A stretch of 64,000 nucleotides of DNA, taken from Octopus vulgaris. Lineage: Eukaryota. The notes beneath the pieces were generated by a model. The model was not told the origin of the DNA, searched no databases, and saw nothing but the letters and a program-made list of their open reading frames with translations. Both the position numbers and the translations under genes were made by a program. The stretch covers positions 83,948,001 through 84,012,000 of the forward strand of contig OX597823.1 in the NCBI GenBank assembly GCA_951406725.2. Direction: 5' to 3'. This document shows, piece by piece, positions 1 to 13,655 of this stretch. The stretch's first letter is position 1. Each line of letters opens with the position of its first letter.

Positions 1-36
1 ATAATTTTTCCAACATTTAATTGTTTTCCATACTTA

Positions 37-72
37 CAGTTGAAAAAGTCTCAATGACCGAAACCGGTACTG
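37..72 (+). ncRNA. degenerate minimal hammerhead
   Basis: cag-TTGAAAA-agtc..gacc-GAAA-ccgg-TA-ctg; core mutated from CTGAAGA. Confidence 0.45.
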
Positions 73-120
73 AAATGTTTTTTATACAATAATTTTAGCA
101 TTTTCTACCGTGACATTTTT

Positions 121-162
<42 letters not shown>

Positions 163-188
163 ACTTCTGTATTCCTTTTCAATCTTCT

Positions 189-268
<80 letters not shown>

Positions 269-293
269 TATGTATATATATATATATATAAAG

Positions 294-332
294 TAGGAGT
301 GCTTACTTTTGCAAATGAACACAAGTGACTAC

Positions 333-391
<59 letters not shown>

Positions 392-429
392 TAGTCGCTT
401 GTGCTTATTTTGAAAAAGTAGCACTCCTA
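294..429. repeat. 45-bp imperfect inverted repeat around (TA)n
   Basis: 294-338 taggagtgc...cagggat versus 385-429 atccct...gcactccta. Confidence 0.75.
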
Positions 430-1136
430 AAGCCATTAATCCATTAACATTTCAAAAGTTTCGAGATGTCATCCGAATAGCAATAACGGTGTGTGTTTCG
501 TGCGCTTCCCATTAAGCCACAAAGCATCATATCAGAACAGATAGAATCATCAAAGACGGATTCAAAACTTATACGGACAATTCTCGTAGATTTCATTCTT
601 TATTGTATGGATGTCATGTCTGTGTTGATTTGTATTTTCCATTTTACTATTTGTAAATCGTACATCGATACATTTTGAATATTTTTATAGAATTCTTTCT
701 AAAATTGTCGCACCATCGACTAATGAGTTTCTATAAATTTTTATTTCTTGTAGTTTATATTGGTGAATTACTGTAGCTCGTAGTTGTAAACGCATGGTCA
801 ACGGACGATAAAGTGTAATATTTTTGTATCCAGCATAGCAATTTGAGTCTTGAAGCGGATATCTATTTTGTTTACAGAAAAACGTGTATGAAACATTAAT
901 TGCCTGATATAGATTCTCAGCTTTACTAGTTTGTGCTTTCGTGTTGATCTAAGGGTCTTCCATTTTGGTCCTTTCTGTAATACATTTTAAATATCGCTTT
1001 AGGCTTAGCTATGATACATGACTACACATACAATCCAATACAGCGCTAGGATACTCTAGTATAAACTGGTTACACTTCTCTGGGTGTATATGCATGCAGT
1101 GGAACGTGCTCAGTAATGTATTAGTGTGTATGTGAA

Positions 1137-1315
1137 GGCGGCGAGCTGGCAAAAGAGTTTGCACGCCGGAAGAAATGCATAGCGGCTTTTGTTCCGGTTA
1201 TACGTTCTGAGTTCAAATTCCACCCATGTTGACTTTGCCTTTCATTCTTCCGGGGTCAATAAAATAAGTACTATTTGAACACTGAGTTCGTTGTAATTGA
1301 CTAGTCCCTTCCCGT
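1137..1315 (+). mobile_element. SINE-A
   Basis: ggcggcgagctggc...gagttcaaattcc...gcctttcattcttccggggtc. Confidence 0.8.
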
Positions 1316-1327
1316 TAACTTGAACCC

Positions 1328-1375
<48 letters not shown>

Positions 1376-1408
1376 GTTGTTGTTGTTGTTATTGTTATTA
1401 TTATTATC

Positions 1409-1935
1409 GAGTGAGAGAGCAATGAATGCCATCAATGTGGCACTGGGGTATAAATATACGAACCCCGATTTAACCATCATGACTACCCGTCTGATAAGAG
1501 TACACCAGGCACATGCATCACAACCATATGTGTGTGACATGGTGATCTAATATGAAGATGAACAGGTGGGTTCCAGTAAGAATTTCCTTCGGGTTGAGTA
1601 GCCCACCCCACTCAAATTGTCCTTGAATAAGATTTGTTTAAGGGTGTTGAACAGAACACCCATGTTTCCAAAGGTGAATTATTCAAATCCCCCAAAATTC
1701 CTCTGATGCTTATTATGTTCCCCTGCTACTGCTGCACGTGATCAGATATGCACATATCGTCAGCCGCTAAGGGTCATACTCAGTTGGTTAAGGTCAAGCA
1801 TCTGACAAGCTAAACTGTGGTATTGAACAGAATATTTGCTGTTGCCCATCTTTTATACCTAGACAAAACTATGTACATGATAACACTTCCAGTCAGTTAA
1901 AATCAGAAGCTATGGGAGTCACTGTCTGGTACTGC
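1409..1935 (-). mobile_element. ~560-bp (TAA)n-associated element, diverged copy
   Basis: Collinear with 46210-46755; left end abuts (TTA)n, right end replaced by a SINE fragment. Confidence 0.8.
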
Positions 1936-2139
1936 GACAAACTGGCAGAACCATTAGCACGTTTTTACTTCCTGGGGTTGACTTCCGTAGGGGTTGACTT
2001 TGTCTTTGACCCTTTCAGAAGGAGTCGCTAAACATAGTACCAGCTGAGCACTGGGATCGATGTTATCAACTTATTCCTCCCTTGAAAGATCTCGGATTTT
2101 GTGTCTATTATGGAAATATGTTAGTGTGTACGCATAGTC

Positions 2140-2510
2140 TTTTTCTTTTATTCTTTTATTCGTTTCAGTCATTTGACTGCGGCCATGCTGGAACATCGCC
2201 TTTAGTATAATACATCGACCTCAGGACTTAATAATTTATAAACTTAGTACTTTTTCTATCGGTCACGTTTGTCGAACCGTTTTTTTTTTGCGGAGATGTA
2301 AACACACCAACATCGGTTGTCAAGCAATGGTGGGGAGACAAACACAGACACACAAACATATGTGGTAAGAAATTGGCTTCCAATCCACATGATTCCGGGT
2401 TCAGTCCCACTGTGTAGCTCCTTGGCCGAGCTTCTGTTATGTAACCTGGGGCCGTCCAAATCGTTGCGACTGGATTTGGTAGATAGAAGAGCTGAAAGCA
2501 CACCGTATAC
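2140..2510. mobile_element. SINE-B halves in opposite orientation
   Basis: 3' half on minus (~2140-2355) and 5' half on plus (~2360-2510); similar arrangement at 18140-18620. Confidence 0.75.
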
Positions 2511-2674
2511 ATACATATATATATATGTAGGTCCCGGGTTGAGTCGGGGTTAACCACAGTAAATAAGGTACTCAATACATAGCAGAGTAAATTAATTTAT
2601 TTTATAGAAAAGCTCCTTCTATAAAATAAATACATATATATATATATACATACATACATACATACATACATACA

Positions 2675-2709
<35 letters not shown>

Positions 2710-3150
2710 GCGTAGGCATGGCTGTGTGGTAAGAAGCTTTGTTCTCAACTAGATGTTTCGGGGTTCAGTCCCACTGCGTGGCACCTTCGTCAAGTGCCTT
2801 GAACTATAGGCTCGGGCCGGCTAACGCCTTCTGAGTGGATTTGGTACACGGAAACTGAAAAAAAAGTCTGTCATATACATGTGTGTGTGAGTGTCTTTGT
2901 GAATGTGCTTGTGGGTGCTTGTGTCAGTATTTTCCCCACCACCACCACCACCACCACCACCACCGCCACCGCTTGACAACCGGTGCTGGTATGTTTACCT
3001 TCCCGTAAACTAGCGGTTCAGCGAAAGAAACTGATAGAAGAAGTACCAGTGTTATAAAATTGGTACTGGGACCAAATCATTCGGCTAAAGATTCAACAAT
3101 GTGCTCCAGCATCGCCGCAGTCTAATGAATGAAACAAGTAAAAGATAAAA
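2710..3150 (+). mobile_element. SINE-B (tRNA head, CORE-like ggcaccttgggcaagtgtctt, internal TG tract)
   Basis: tggctgtgtggt A box, ggttcagtccc B box, tail gctccagcat.gccgcagtc.aatga.tgaaacaagtaaaaga. Confidence 0.85.
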
Positions 3151-3926
3151 AGTATGTGGACATATAAATGTTAATGTTTGCTTTGAGTGCATGTATATAT
3201 GTATGTGTGTCTGTGTGTGTTTGTATCAGGGAGTATGTGTGTGCATATGCATGTTTGTGTGAGAGAGAGTGTTTAATTCACAGTTTTCTGTCGGGGTTTG
3301 TGTGTATGTGCGTGTGTATGTATAGGTGAGTGCATTTGTAGACATAAATATAAGCGTTTGCAATGAATGGGCATATATGCATGTACACGTATGTGTGCGT
3401 AGATGTCTGTAACTGTGTGTGTATATGTGTGTATGCATTCGTGTGTGCGTGTGCGTGCAAACATCATAACTGAGCGTACAGAATATTTTAATGAGATAAG
3501 AAAGTTGCTATATTTTGTTGACTGGAACAATGGAAGGAAAGATAATTTGGGCGGAGTTTAGATGAAGGGAAAATTTAATAGCAAGAAGGCAAAAGAAACA
3601 GAAAAAGCTAGAGAACCTAATGAAATATAATGGAATATATTTAGATGTTTTGTGTTAAAACTAGTTAAAAGTGGTGAAAGTGAATTGAAGTCATTCGAGT
3701 TGACATCCATGAAGTTCAACTGGGTACATTAAAAAAAAACACACACACATACATATATACATACATACTTACATACGTACTTAGTATATACATAAGTACA
3801 TACATACAAACATTCATATACATATATAATGAAACATATTGCATTTGAGATTTTTGTAAATTCTATTTGCAGAGCAATTACATATCAAAACAAGAAACTG
3901 GAAAACGTTGGTCTACTTCAAATTCT

Positions 3927-4019
3927 ATGATACGCGTGTTTCATTAGAGGATAGGAATTACAAAGGTATACATGTAGAAAAACATGTAAAGGATCTCCTA
4001 TCTGTAATTCTTCAGCTAA
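3927..4019 (-). ncRNA. PLE-type hammerhead, intact core, decayed stem I
   Basis: CTGAAGA-attacagatagga...tcctatcctctaat-GAAA-cacgcg-TA; ~12-bp stem II. Confidence 0.5.
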
Positions 4020-4204
4020 AATCTCGGACTTCACGACAGTACAGCCTGGGTTATAATCCCCTCTATAGGTTATATAGAAGTATAAATAGGGCTATAAATA
4101 GGTGTATAAATGATGGGTGATGATAGACAATCTCAATCAGAAAAATAAGATAAATACATGAGACCAAACGGTATATATATATAAACATTTATATATATAT
4201 ATAT

Positions 4205-4268
<64 letters not shown>

Positions 4269-4284
4269 AAGTATATATAGTTGA

Positions 4285-4440
4285 AATTTATAGAAAAACA
4301 AAAGACGAAGACAGGTGCATGAACAACAAGTAGGTGTATTAGTTTGACGCTCGGGAAAATGAAAAAGTTATTTGCGTTTCGAGCCTACGCTCTTCAACAG
4401 AAAGGAATAAGAGAAAATAAACAGAGAGACAATGAAAAAT
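4285..4440 (-). mobile_element. PLE pLTR-like remnant with minimal hammerhead-like motif
   Basis: ttt-CTGTTGA-a-gagc-gtag-gctc-GAAA-cg-CA-aa; related copies at 49555-49750 and 55120-55202. Confidence 0.55.
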
Positions 4441-5590
4441 AGTTTGTATGTATGTCATGATTAGCGAAACGCGCAACGGGCTGTCTATCATAATGTACTA
4501 TCCTTTAGAATATATTAAAAATATATAAATTGTGTGCATTTTCCTCCTGTTATGCATATGTAGTCGGGGGTATAGCCTTCGTCAGCTAGGTTCACCGAAA
4601 ACAAAATTATATGCATATACATATATGTATGTATGTGCGCGTGTGTGTGTGTCTGATGATTAGCGAAGTGCGTTACCAGTTTGTCTATAATAATCGTCTA
4701 TCCTTTAGAATATATTAAAAAATAAATAGTGTGCATTTTCCTCCTTTCATAAATATGTAGTGGGGGCGTGCAAAAAGGAAGAAACAAATAGGAAAGATAG
4801 AGAGAAAATAACCATACACGCGTTTTGTATATCGCATTCTATATCAAGTAATTCACTTTCAAAAATAGCCATGCACAGTAAACACGCATAACATTACAAA
4901 TAGTCTCCTGACGAGACACATCTTCCTCGAAGGGTGCATCACTACCAGTTGTACAGTATCTCACCCGCGAGTGACCGATGCAAGATGGGTCGAAACGATC
5001 GTTGTGGTTAATAAAGTATCTCGTGAATTCCATTTTTTCTCTCATTTCTTATATATGTAACCCTTCTTTCCGCTGTTCTCTCTCTCCCTCTCTCTCTCTC
5101 TCATCCTCCTTCCCTTTTATATACTGCCCACACGTGACCCGTGACTAATTTTTCCATCTCTGCCTTTTCGCCAGCTGACACCTAGGCTGCTGGTCAACAT
5201 TTTCTCCTCTCTTACTATTTCTCTTTTTTTATTCATTGGGGATTTCTTCTAGGCGTCACCCATTACTTTCGTGTTTGACCGAAAGGCTGTACTTATCTTG
5301 TCTTCGTCTATCGTTTTAAATTACATTTGTTTACTTTCATACGTCCGCTCTGTTTGTATAGTTTACTTGAGGCCTAACTCTACGCAAATGTCGCGGGTGC
5401 CGCCGATATGTTCTCAGTCTTATTGTTAAAGGCACGAAACCGAGTTTTAATATTTTTGGTAGATAACTGATGAAGAATTAGGGTCATTCTGTGTCTGTTC
5501 TGGGTGTACGTTTTGCTGTATTTAATGCATTTTACACATACACACACACGCATATATATATATACAGATATATATGTGTGTGTGCGGGTG

Positions 5591-5622
<32 letters not shown>

Positions 5623-6026
5623 GATATATATATATGTGTGTGTGTGCGTGTGTATATATGTATATATATATTCACATATATATGCATGTGTTCACGTGAT
5701 TATGTGCATGCCTGTGTGCGTTTGTGTACGTACACGAGATCTCATTATGAATTTTGCATCAGTTTTAAAAGATATGCATTTTAACGTTATGTTAACTAAG
5801 CCATATTGTCATTGGGTTACAGTGAAACAAGTATAATATTCTACGTACGCATGCATACTTTTAACGTAATCCACAATGGATTCTGCGTTAAACTAACGCG
5901 AGACTCGGTGTAAGACTTTAAGCTACCTTCATTTCCATTTACTCACAGGCATGCAAAAATCGATTGTGTTATATTCATTTTCCACGCAGGTTAGCCTCAA
6001 CCTGGTTTCATACATGCCCTTTCTTA

Positions 6027-6100
<74 letters not shown>

Positions 6101-6670
6101 CACTTCGACGACGACAATGAATGCACATAAGAATCTGGAATTGCTAAGTAAAATTCTTAATCAGCTTTTTTGTAGATACGTAGATACAGACGTAAACAAA
6201 CATAAGCACATACACATGCACTCATACGCATATATGTGTGTGTGTGTGTATTTATAGTAGTAAAAAGGGAGGGATTTCGATTATCCCCACATCGTAAGTT
6301 GTAATGCAATATATATATATATATATATAAAATAAAATAAGGAAAATTCACATACTTAACGTTGTTTTAATATATTTTTTGATATATTTCATATTGTGTT
6401 TGTTAATTTATGTTTTCAGAATGTTGTTCATTTTTTAATCTCTAGTGAGCATAGGTAGAATTTGTACAATAGAGACTAGTTTCAGAGTGGAGACAAGCAC
6501 CCCTTTCCTGTGTCCTTATGGGTGGAGGTGCTTGTCTCCATTTAACGACACAGGAAATGTGTCAAATCCAACAGGAAACGGTGTTTCATAGGGCTAAATA
6601 ACAGTAGCATTCTTCCCTTTCGTGGGACTATCGCATTAAGTTGACAACATACTATCACTTTATCTTGCTG

Positions 6671-6994
6671 CTACTGCATAAATCTCTCTGAGAGATTTAG
6701 AAATGTATTATTGAATGCCTCATTCTTTCTAAGGTTGTGAGTTAATATATACAGTAGTGTTTTGAGATGAGGTGTGGCGTTATGTATTGCTGCCCTTAGT
6801 ATTTTATTGTCTAATTTCTTAGCATTCTTAATTCCATAGTGCATAAGTGAGGGTGGATACTGTCTTTCAGTTAGTTTTGTTCTGAGGTCTTGAAAACTAT
6901 TGTGCAAATATTTTTTTTCTAAATTAAAGGACATATTTCTTGTGATGTGTTTCGGGTGGCATGAGATAAACAGAAGATATTTTTCCAAGTCCAT
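6671..6994 (-). pseudogene. Penelope-like element RT C-terminal (thumb) fragment
   Basis: YLLFISCHPKHITRNMSFNL...L..RQYP..LM..GIKNA resembles the PLE motif YL.F.S.HP.H....IP...L..RGYP. Confidence 0.75.
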
Positions 6995-7060
6995 TGGTTA
7001 TAATTTGGTTATTGACATGTTTAATCATGTAGAGTGTGTGCATTTTCCTTCTTTAATTAT

Positions 7061-7105
<45 letters not shown>

Positions 7106-7123
7106 CACACATGCACACACCCC

Positions 7124-7170
<47 letters not shown>

Positions 7171-7176
7171 TCAAAC

Positions 7177-7600
7177 TTTACTCCTTTAACATCCTCGAAC
7201 GCGGTTTCCAACATGACGGAGAAATACAAAGCAAATAAGAGTGGTGAAAGAGCACACCCTTGTTTTTGTCCTATTTGATACTGTGAATGAATTGGACACT
7301 TCCTTGCTAGATCTGTCAGAAGCCATCATTCCTTGATGGAAAGAAATAAAGACATTGAGCATCTTCTCTGGAACACCAAGCTTTCTACGGACAACCCAAA
7401 GAGCATCCCTAGATACAGTGTCGAAAGCTTTAGTTGGGTCTCGGTTGTGCTCACAAGCCTTTTCTAGTAGCTGCCTTCATATCCACTGTGCCCTACCAGC
7501 CCGAAATCCACACCGAGATTCAGGCAACACTAAGCTGGCAAGGGCATCATTTAGTTTATGTAAGATAAACTTTCCAAGGATACATTCCAAGATGCAATAA
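7177..7600 (-). pseudogene. RTE-clade LINE reverse transcriptase fragment
   Basis: LPESRCGFRAGR, TKAFDTVSRDALWVV.RKLGVPEKM...FHQGM, KQGCALSPLLFALYFSVML on the minus strand, with frameshifts. Confidence 0.85.
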
Positions 7601-8192
7601 AGGGAGTTCCTGTATTCAATTTGCTTAATTTTCTGGTGCAGGTTTGGGTGCCCAGTCATTTGCACCTAATGACAAGGAGCAATGCGAGTAAATAATTTTG
7701 GTATCATATTTTCTTGACCCCCCGCCACCTTCATAGGAGGAAAGCAGTGTTATCCTAAACAGGGCTGCTTTGTTGTGAAAGGACACGAATTACACAATTA
7801 CCCGCAAATGTTGTGTAAGGCGACCATCTCCATTTCAACATCTATGTGCAAAATTCAAGCTAAGAACTTCCACTGATATTTTTCGGTTGTTCCTGTCACT
7901 ATCTCTTCATCATCACAGAATTTGTATTTTCTTTAGTGGTGGTCGGTACACTCACCACAAAACATGATGGTGGTATTTGCTGATAAAATTTTACTGGACT
8001 ACCTGCACAAAGTGTAGCACAATAGACACTCTCTCCATCAAAAAAGCACTTTCCTGCACTGGTGCACCCTTTGACGAGTTTTGTCATATACATATATTCA
8101 CATATATGTATATACCTATACATGCTCGCACTTAGACACTACTAAGTCTATTCTATACAGAGAATATCTGATTCTCATCTATGAAGTACGAA

Positions 8193-8230
<38 letters not shown>

Positions 8231-8407
8231 TTAAAATGGAGAAGGCCGGTTTATGGGATTACCTTAGGTACAGCTAAAAGGATACTGAATTAGATTATAT
8301 TGATTTTCTTTTGTACGAGTTCTCTTACCTGTATTATATCGATTTCTTATTTAGTTATTTATTTACTTATATACATACATACATACATACATACATACAT
8401 ACACACA

Positions 8408-8500
<93 letters not shown>

Positions 8501-10052
8501 TTTACTTGTTTCAGTCAAAGGAATACACAAGCAAAATGTGCACGGAACCACATGTGCGACAATAGGTGCTTGAACATTTGCAAAAATATAAAGCAAAATA
8601 AACAATGAAAGAAGTGTTCAATGAAGCTAAAATCTCAAAGGAAGAAACCGAATCAAATGTGGTGTTTCGAATCATGTCCTTTACCAAAAGGAAGAAAAAG
8701 GATTAAGAGAGGGAAGAGAAATGGAAAAGTGTACGATATCGTATGTAAGACGACAGCGATGCATGATCTCATACCAGTGTCCAAACACACACACACATGC
8801 ACACGCAGTACACCCCCCCACACACATACACACATATATCTTTACATAAGTACGTGCGTATGTTTGTTTGTATGTGTGTATGTACTATGTTTGTATATAT
8901 ACATATGGCTTTTGTCTGTGTATGTATATATTTATTTTACTGGTTAATGGAAAAAGTACTTATTTATGACGCTGGATCGGAGAAGATATTCAATTCAAAT
9001 ATATATAAGTTGTTCGATTCGAGAGAGATATTTGTTAGGGTGATAGAATTATCAATACAACACAAGAAAATGTAATTCTTTTCACAAGATCAATAGTTAT
9101 GGACCTATAAATGTGATATACAGCTAAAAGGATACTGAATTAGATTATATTGATTTTTTTGTAGTTATCTTACCTGTATTTTATCGATTTCTTATTTAGT
9201 TATTTATTTACTTATCTGTATAGAAGCTTCTTTAAATTGCTTTTCTTCGCGGGTTTTTTTTTTCTTCGTAATTTAGAGAAAAGAGATATTAGTTTCTTCT
9301 GTAAAAAAAACAATAACAAAAAAGCACTACTTAGAGAGACCGCTTATGGTTTTTGTTAAGATTTAATCTCTGGTTAACCTTGGTCAAGGGGAACTATGGT
9401 CGAAGGCTTGATGACATCTGGCTACGACAGACCAATGTATTTTGGTATACTTCGGTATATACTGAAATCTTCAATACCCAAAATAAGTTTTGTCTCTACA
9501 AACGAAGTTTATGTTCTCGATCTCTCAGGGATTCTCTTATATATATATACATATATATATATATATGTGTGGGGGGGGGGGTGCGTGTGAAAAGGTTGAA
9601 TTATATTTCGTCCATTAATTTGGAGGATTCCAAAAAACGATTTCTAATTTTTCATATTTTGCTTGTAGCTTACTGGCGTAAGTTTACGAATATGAAAATA
9701 ATACTTGTTTACGGTGTGTTATGTGAATTTATGGAATAGTATCTCATAAAATTCAACAAATTTGTTAAAACTGGAGAATTGAGGATTCTCTGTTATTTCC
9801 TTAAACCCTCTGTAATAATGTTTTGTTTACATTTCTTGCACTGAGGAGAACAGTGATATATAATTGATTTAATTTAATCAAATTAATTTAATTATTCCTA
9901 TTCAACTATGAATTTTCATGCTTTAATATCACTGTTTGAAACGATCGTATGCATGAATTAAAATTCTCTTAAATTTTAAAATCTTCTCTTCTCCATTTCC
10001 AACAAGTTTGTTGAGTTTTATGGGATACCATTCCAGAAATTCACATAACACA

Positions 10053-10199
<147 letters not shown>

Positions 10200-10386
10200 A
10201 TATTTAATAAATTTAAATAGCGTTTAAAATAGACTGATTAAGGGATAAAAATATCGTTGAATTATTGGTTCATTGCCACTTACTTTTTTATGAAGAACAA
10301 TTTTCATAAAATAATAGCTTTCGCTATAAATCTTGGATTCAGAAAATTATATTAATGCTACATCTCCATTTTCTGAATTTAAATTT

Positions 10387-10446
<60 letters not shown>

Positions 10447-10608
10447 GTGTGTGTTTAAAACACTCATGAAGCAGTTTGTTTCATTTGTCCCCTGCACACG
10501 ATTCCTCATCATACCTATTTGCATCCTCTGCATTGGGTGTCCATTGCGTAATGATACTCTATGTGTACTTCGTAGCAGTTGTAAGGAAATACTACACACA
10601 TACATTCA

Positions 10609-10723
<115 letters not shown>

Positions 10724-12667
10724 ATATATATGTATGTATGTATATATATATATATGTATACATGTAAATATATATTTATATATATACATGCATATATATA
10801 TAAATATATAAATATATAAATAAACATTTTTTAAAATTATAAAATTAAAAAATTAATAATTAAATAAAATAATTAAAATATATATATATATAATTTAAAT
10901 TATATATATATAAGTTTAAATTATTAATTTAAATAATTTTTAAAAATTTTAACTTTAATTTAAATATTTTAATTAGATTTTTTTTAATATTTTATATATT
11001 TAATATATTTTTTAATTAATTTTATTTCTATGTATTGGCTTATGATTTTCACTGTTTGATTTGCCTAATAGTGGTTTTATCTCTAATTTAATATATTATA
11101 TATATATATATTATGTATACGTGCTTAAGACGTTAATACGTATTTCTACTGCATAGGTAGCCTTCAACTTGGCATCAAGTTGCATCGTGTTGGTTAGATT
11201 GCATTATGAGTTCCTCTAAGGTAAACTTACCCATGGAGCTTTAATCAAGGTGTTACCACTACGAATTTTTTAAGCGAACTGCGGAATTAAGTTTTTGATA
11301 ATCTTATTCAAGGCATATTTTTTCAGTGTATAGGATAGCATGCCTTGTTATGAAATACGATGCGGCAATAAAATTCGTTAGTTAACCATATTTTTAAAGG
11401 GAATATCGTTAAGAACGTGCTAAATCACGATACATTTCGCCCAAGGGCCACAAACGTTGCAGACAGATGGAAATTTGAGAGTAGTTAAGAGTAGTTAAGT
11501 TAGTAAGAACTTGAATAAAGATAATTTATTTTTCAAAACCAAGGGATGGAATTCACATTATGAGAGTATTAAAATTTAACTATAGTAAATCTATTATTAT
11601 AGTTTCGCTAATTCTTCTGTATAGTCTTATGCAGATAATATCCTATTAAATATTTTTATGGGAAATGTTTAAGCACGAAGGAGAATTAGTAGTTGGTGTG
11701 GCCTACACTAGGTCAGGATAGGATTCGCTCACACACCATATAAGATAAAGGTGGAAAGAACTTTAATGGTAAGTAGATGAATTAGGAGGAATTAAGAGAG
11801 TGGGAACTGAAGATAAATAAATAACTGAATCATTTACAATATGTAAAACTTTCCCAAAGTATAGCGTATGAAACACATATGTAGATATGCAGTTATATGT
11901 ATGAGTATGCATAACACAAAACATACGGATTTACACATGCACTGAGTACATATACACACATACATATACAACCATTCTGTTGATTTTGAAATTCCAATGA
12001 AGAAGCCTTTGATCTAGGTTAGAAAACAACTCTTTTTCATTGGCAAGAGATCTAGAAATAAAACTAAATAATAACAGACATAATGAACGTTATGAAGCCA
12101 AATTGTCTTTAAAATGGAAATTGGCGAGAGAATACACATCAGATAATGTTTCCCTTTAAAATGATTTATTTATATTATTATTTATATATTATTTATATAT
12201 TATTTTTAGAAATTATATTATATTGTTTATATTATTTTTGATTTTGTTTTTATTACCATATCGATCTCTACCAATTGGTATTTATAATACAATACGTTTA
12301 ACGAATTATTTTTTATTAAAATATTTTTACTTCGTTTTTATTTTTAAAAAAATTTTACACATGTTTTTCTTCGCAGTGAATAAATTTGGATAGAATTGTT
12401 ATTCCTGTTAATATAACTAGACATGTACTATCCTCGGTCATTAACAAAAACACAGACAGAGATACTGTTTACAGAACGACATAAGGAAAAGACAAAATTT
12501 GCATACGAAAGAAAGAAGAGTGAACAAACTGACATTGATTCTACAACTAAACGTTTTATTTTATATTTTGAAATTCATGAGCTCAAATTAAAATCGGAAG
12601 TGAATTAAATAGCGCTTATTATCATTATTATTATTATTATTATTATTACTATTATTATTATTGTTAC

Positions 12668-12699
<32 letters not shown>

Positions 12700-13029
12700 G
12701 AAACCATAGTTTTTTCTTCTGAAACCAGATATTTCTGCTTAAAGGAAATAATTGTGAATGGCATCAGTATTAACAAAAGAAAATTTTTGGATAAAATATG
12801 TCTGTTATGGAAAACAGTAAACGAGGTTTAATTTAGAACTTTTATTTTTATTTTATTTTTTATTTTTTATTTATTATTTTTTTTTGTAAATCAGTGTAAC
12901 TTGAAAGAATATTTTGTGTCTGAGAGAAAAAAATTACTAAAAACATAATGAAGCGGAAACAAAACAAAAGGCTGTATAATTATATAAGCGTTAGTGTGTG
13001 TGTTTGTGCGCATGTATGTATTGCATGTG

Positions 13030-13066
<37 letters not shown>

Positions 13067-13117
13067 GTATGTGTGTATGCATGATTATGTATGTATGTAT
13101 ATGTGTATGTATATGTG

Positions 13118-13159
<42 letters not shown>

Positions 13160-13338
13160 CAAAGACTCGATACCAATACAGACTAGCCGGTCCAGACTCT
13201 TACAAGGGTATGGAGTCGTTTGATATATTTGACTTGAGTCGTAAATTCTAGCACAGCAAATCGCTTCTCAGTGTAATGAGAAATAAATATATATACATAC
13301 ATATATATGCATATATGCGTATGCGTGTATGTATATAT

Positions 13339-13398
<60 letters not shown>

Positions 13399-13502
13399 GC
13401 ATATAGATATACACATATATATACATATATCTACATATATATATGCATACATATATACACATATATGTATACATATATATAGAGAGGAATAGAGAGCGAA
13501 AA

Positions 13503-13655
<153 letters not shown>

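Noticed and set aside
5467-5500. CTGATGA-agaat...attct motif
   Set aside because: No GAAA after the stem; the nearby gtgcc/ggcac-GAAAC at 5397-5440 lacks a core.
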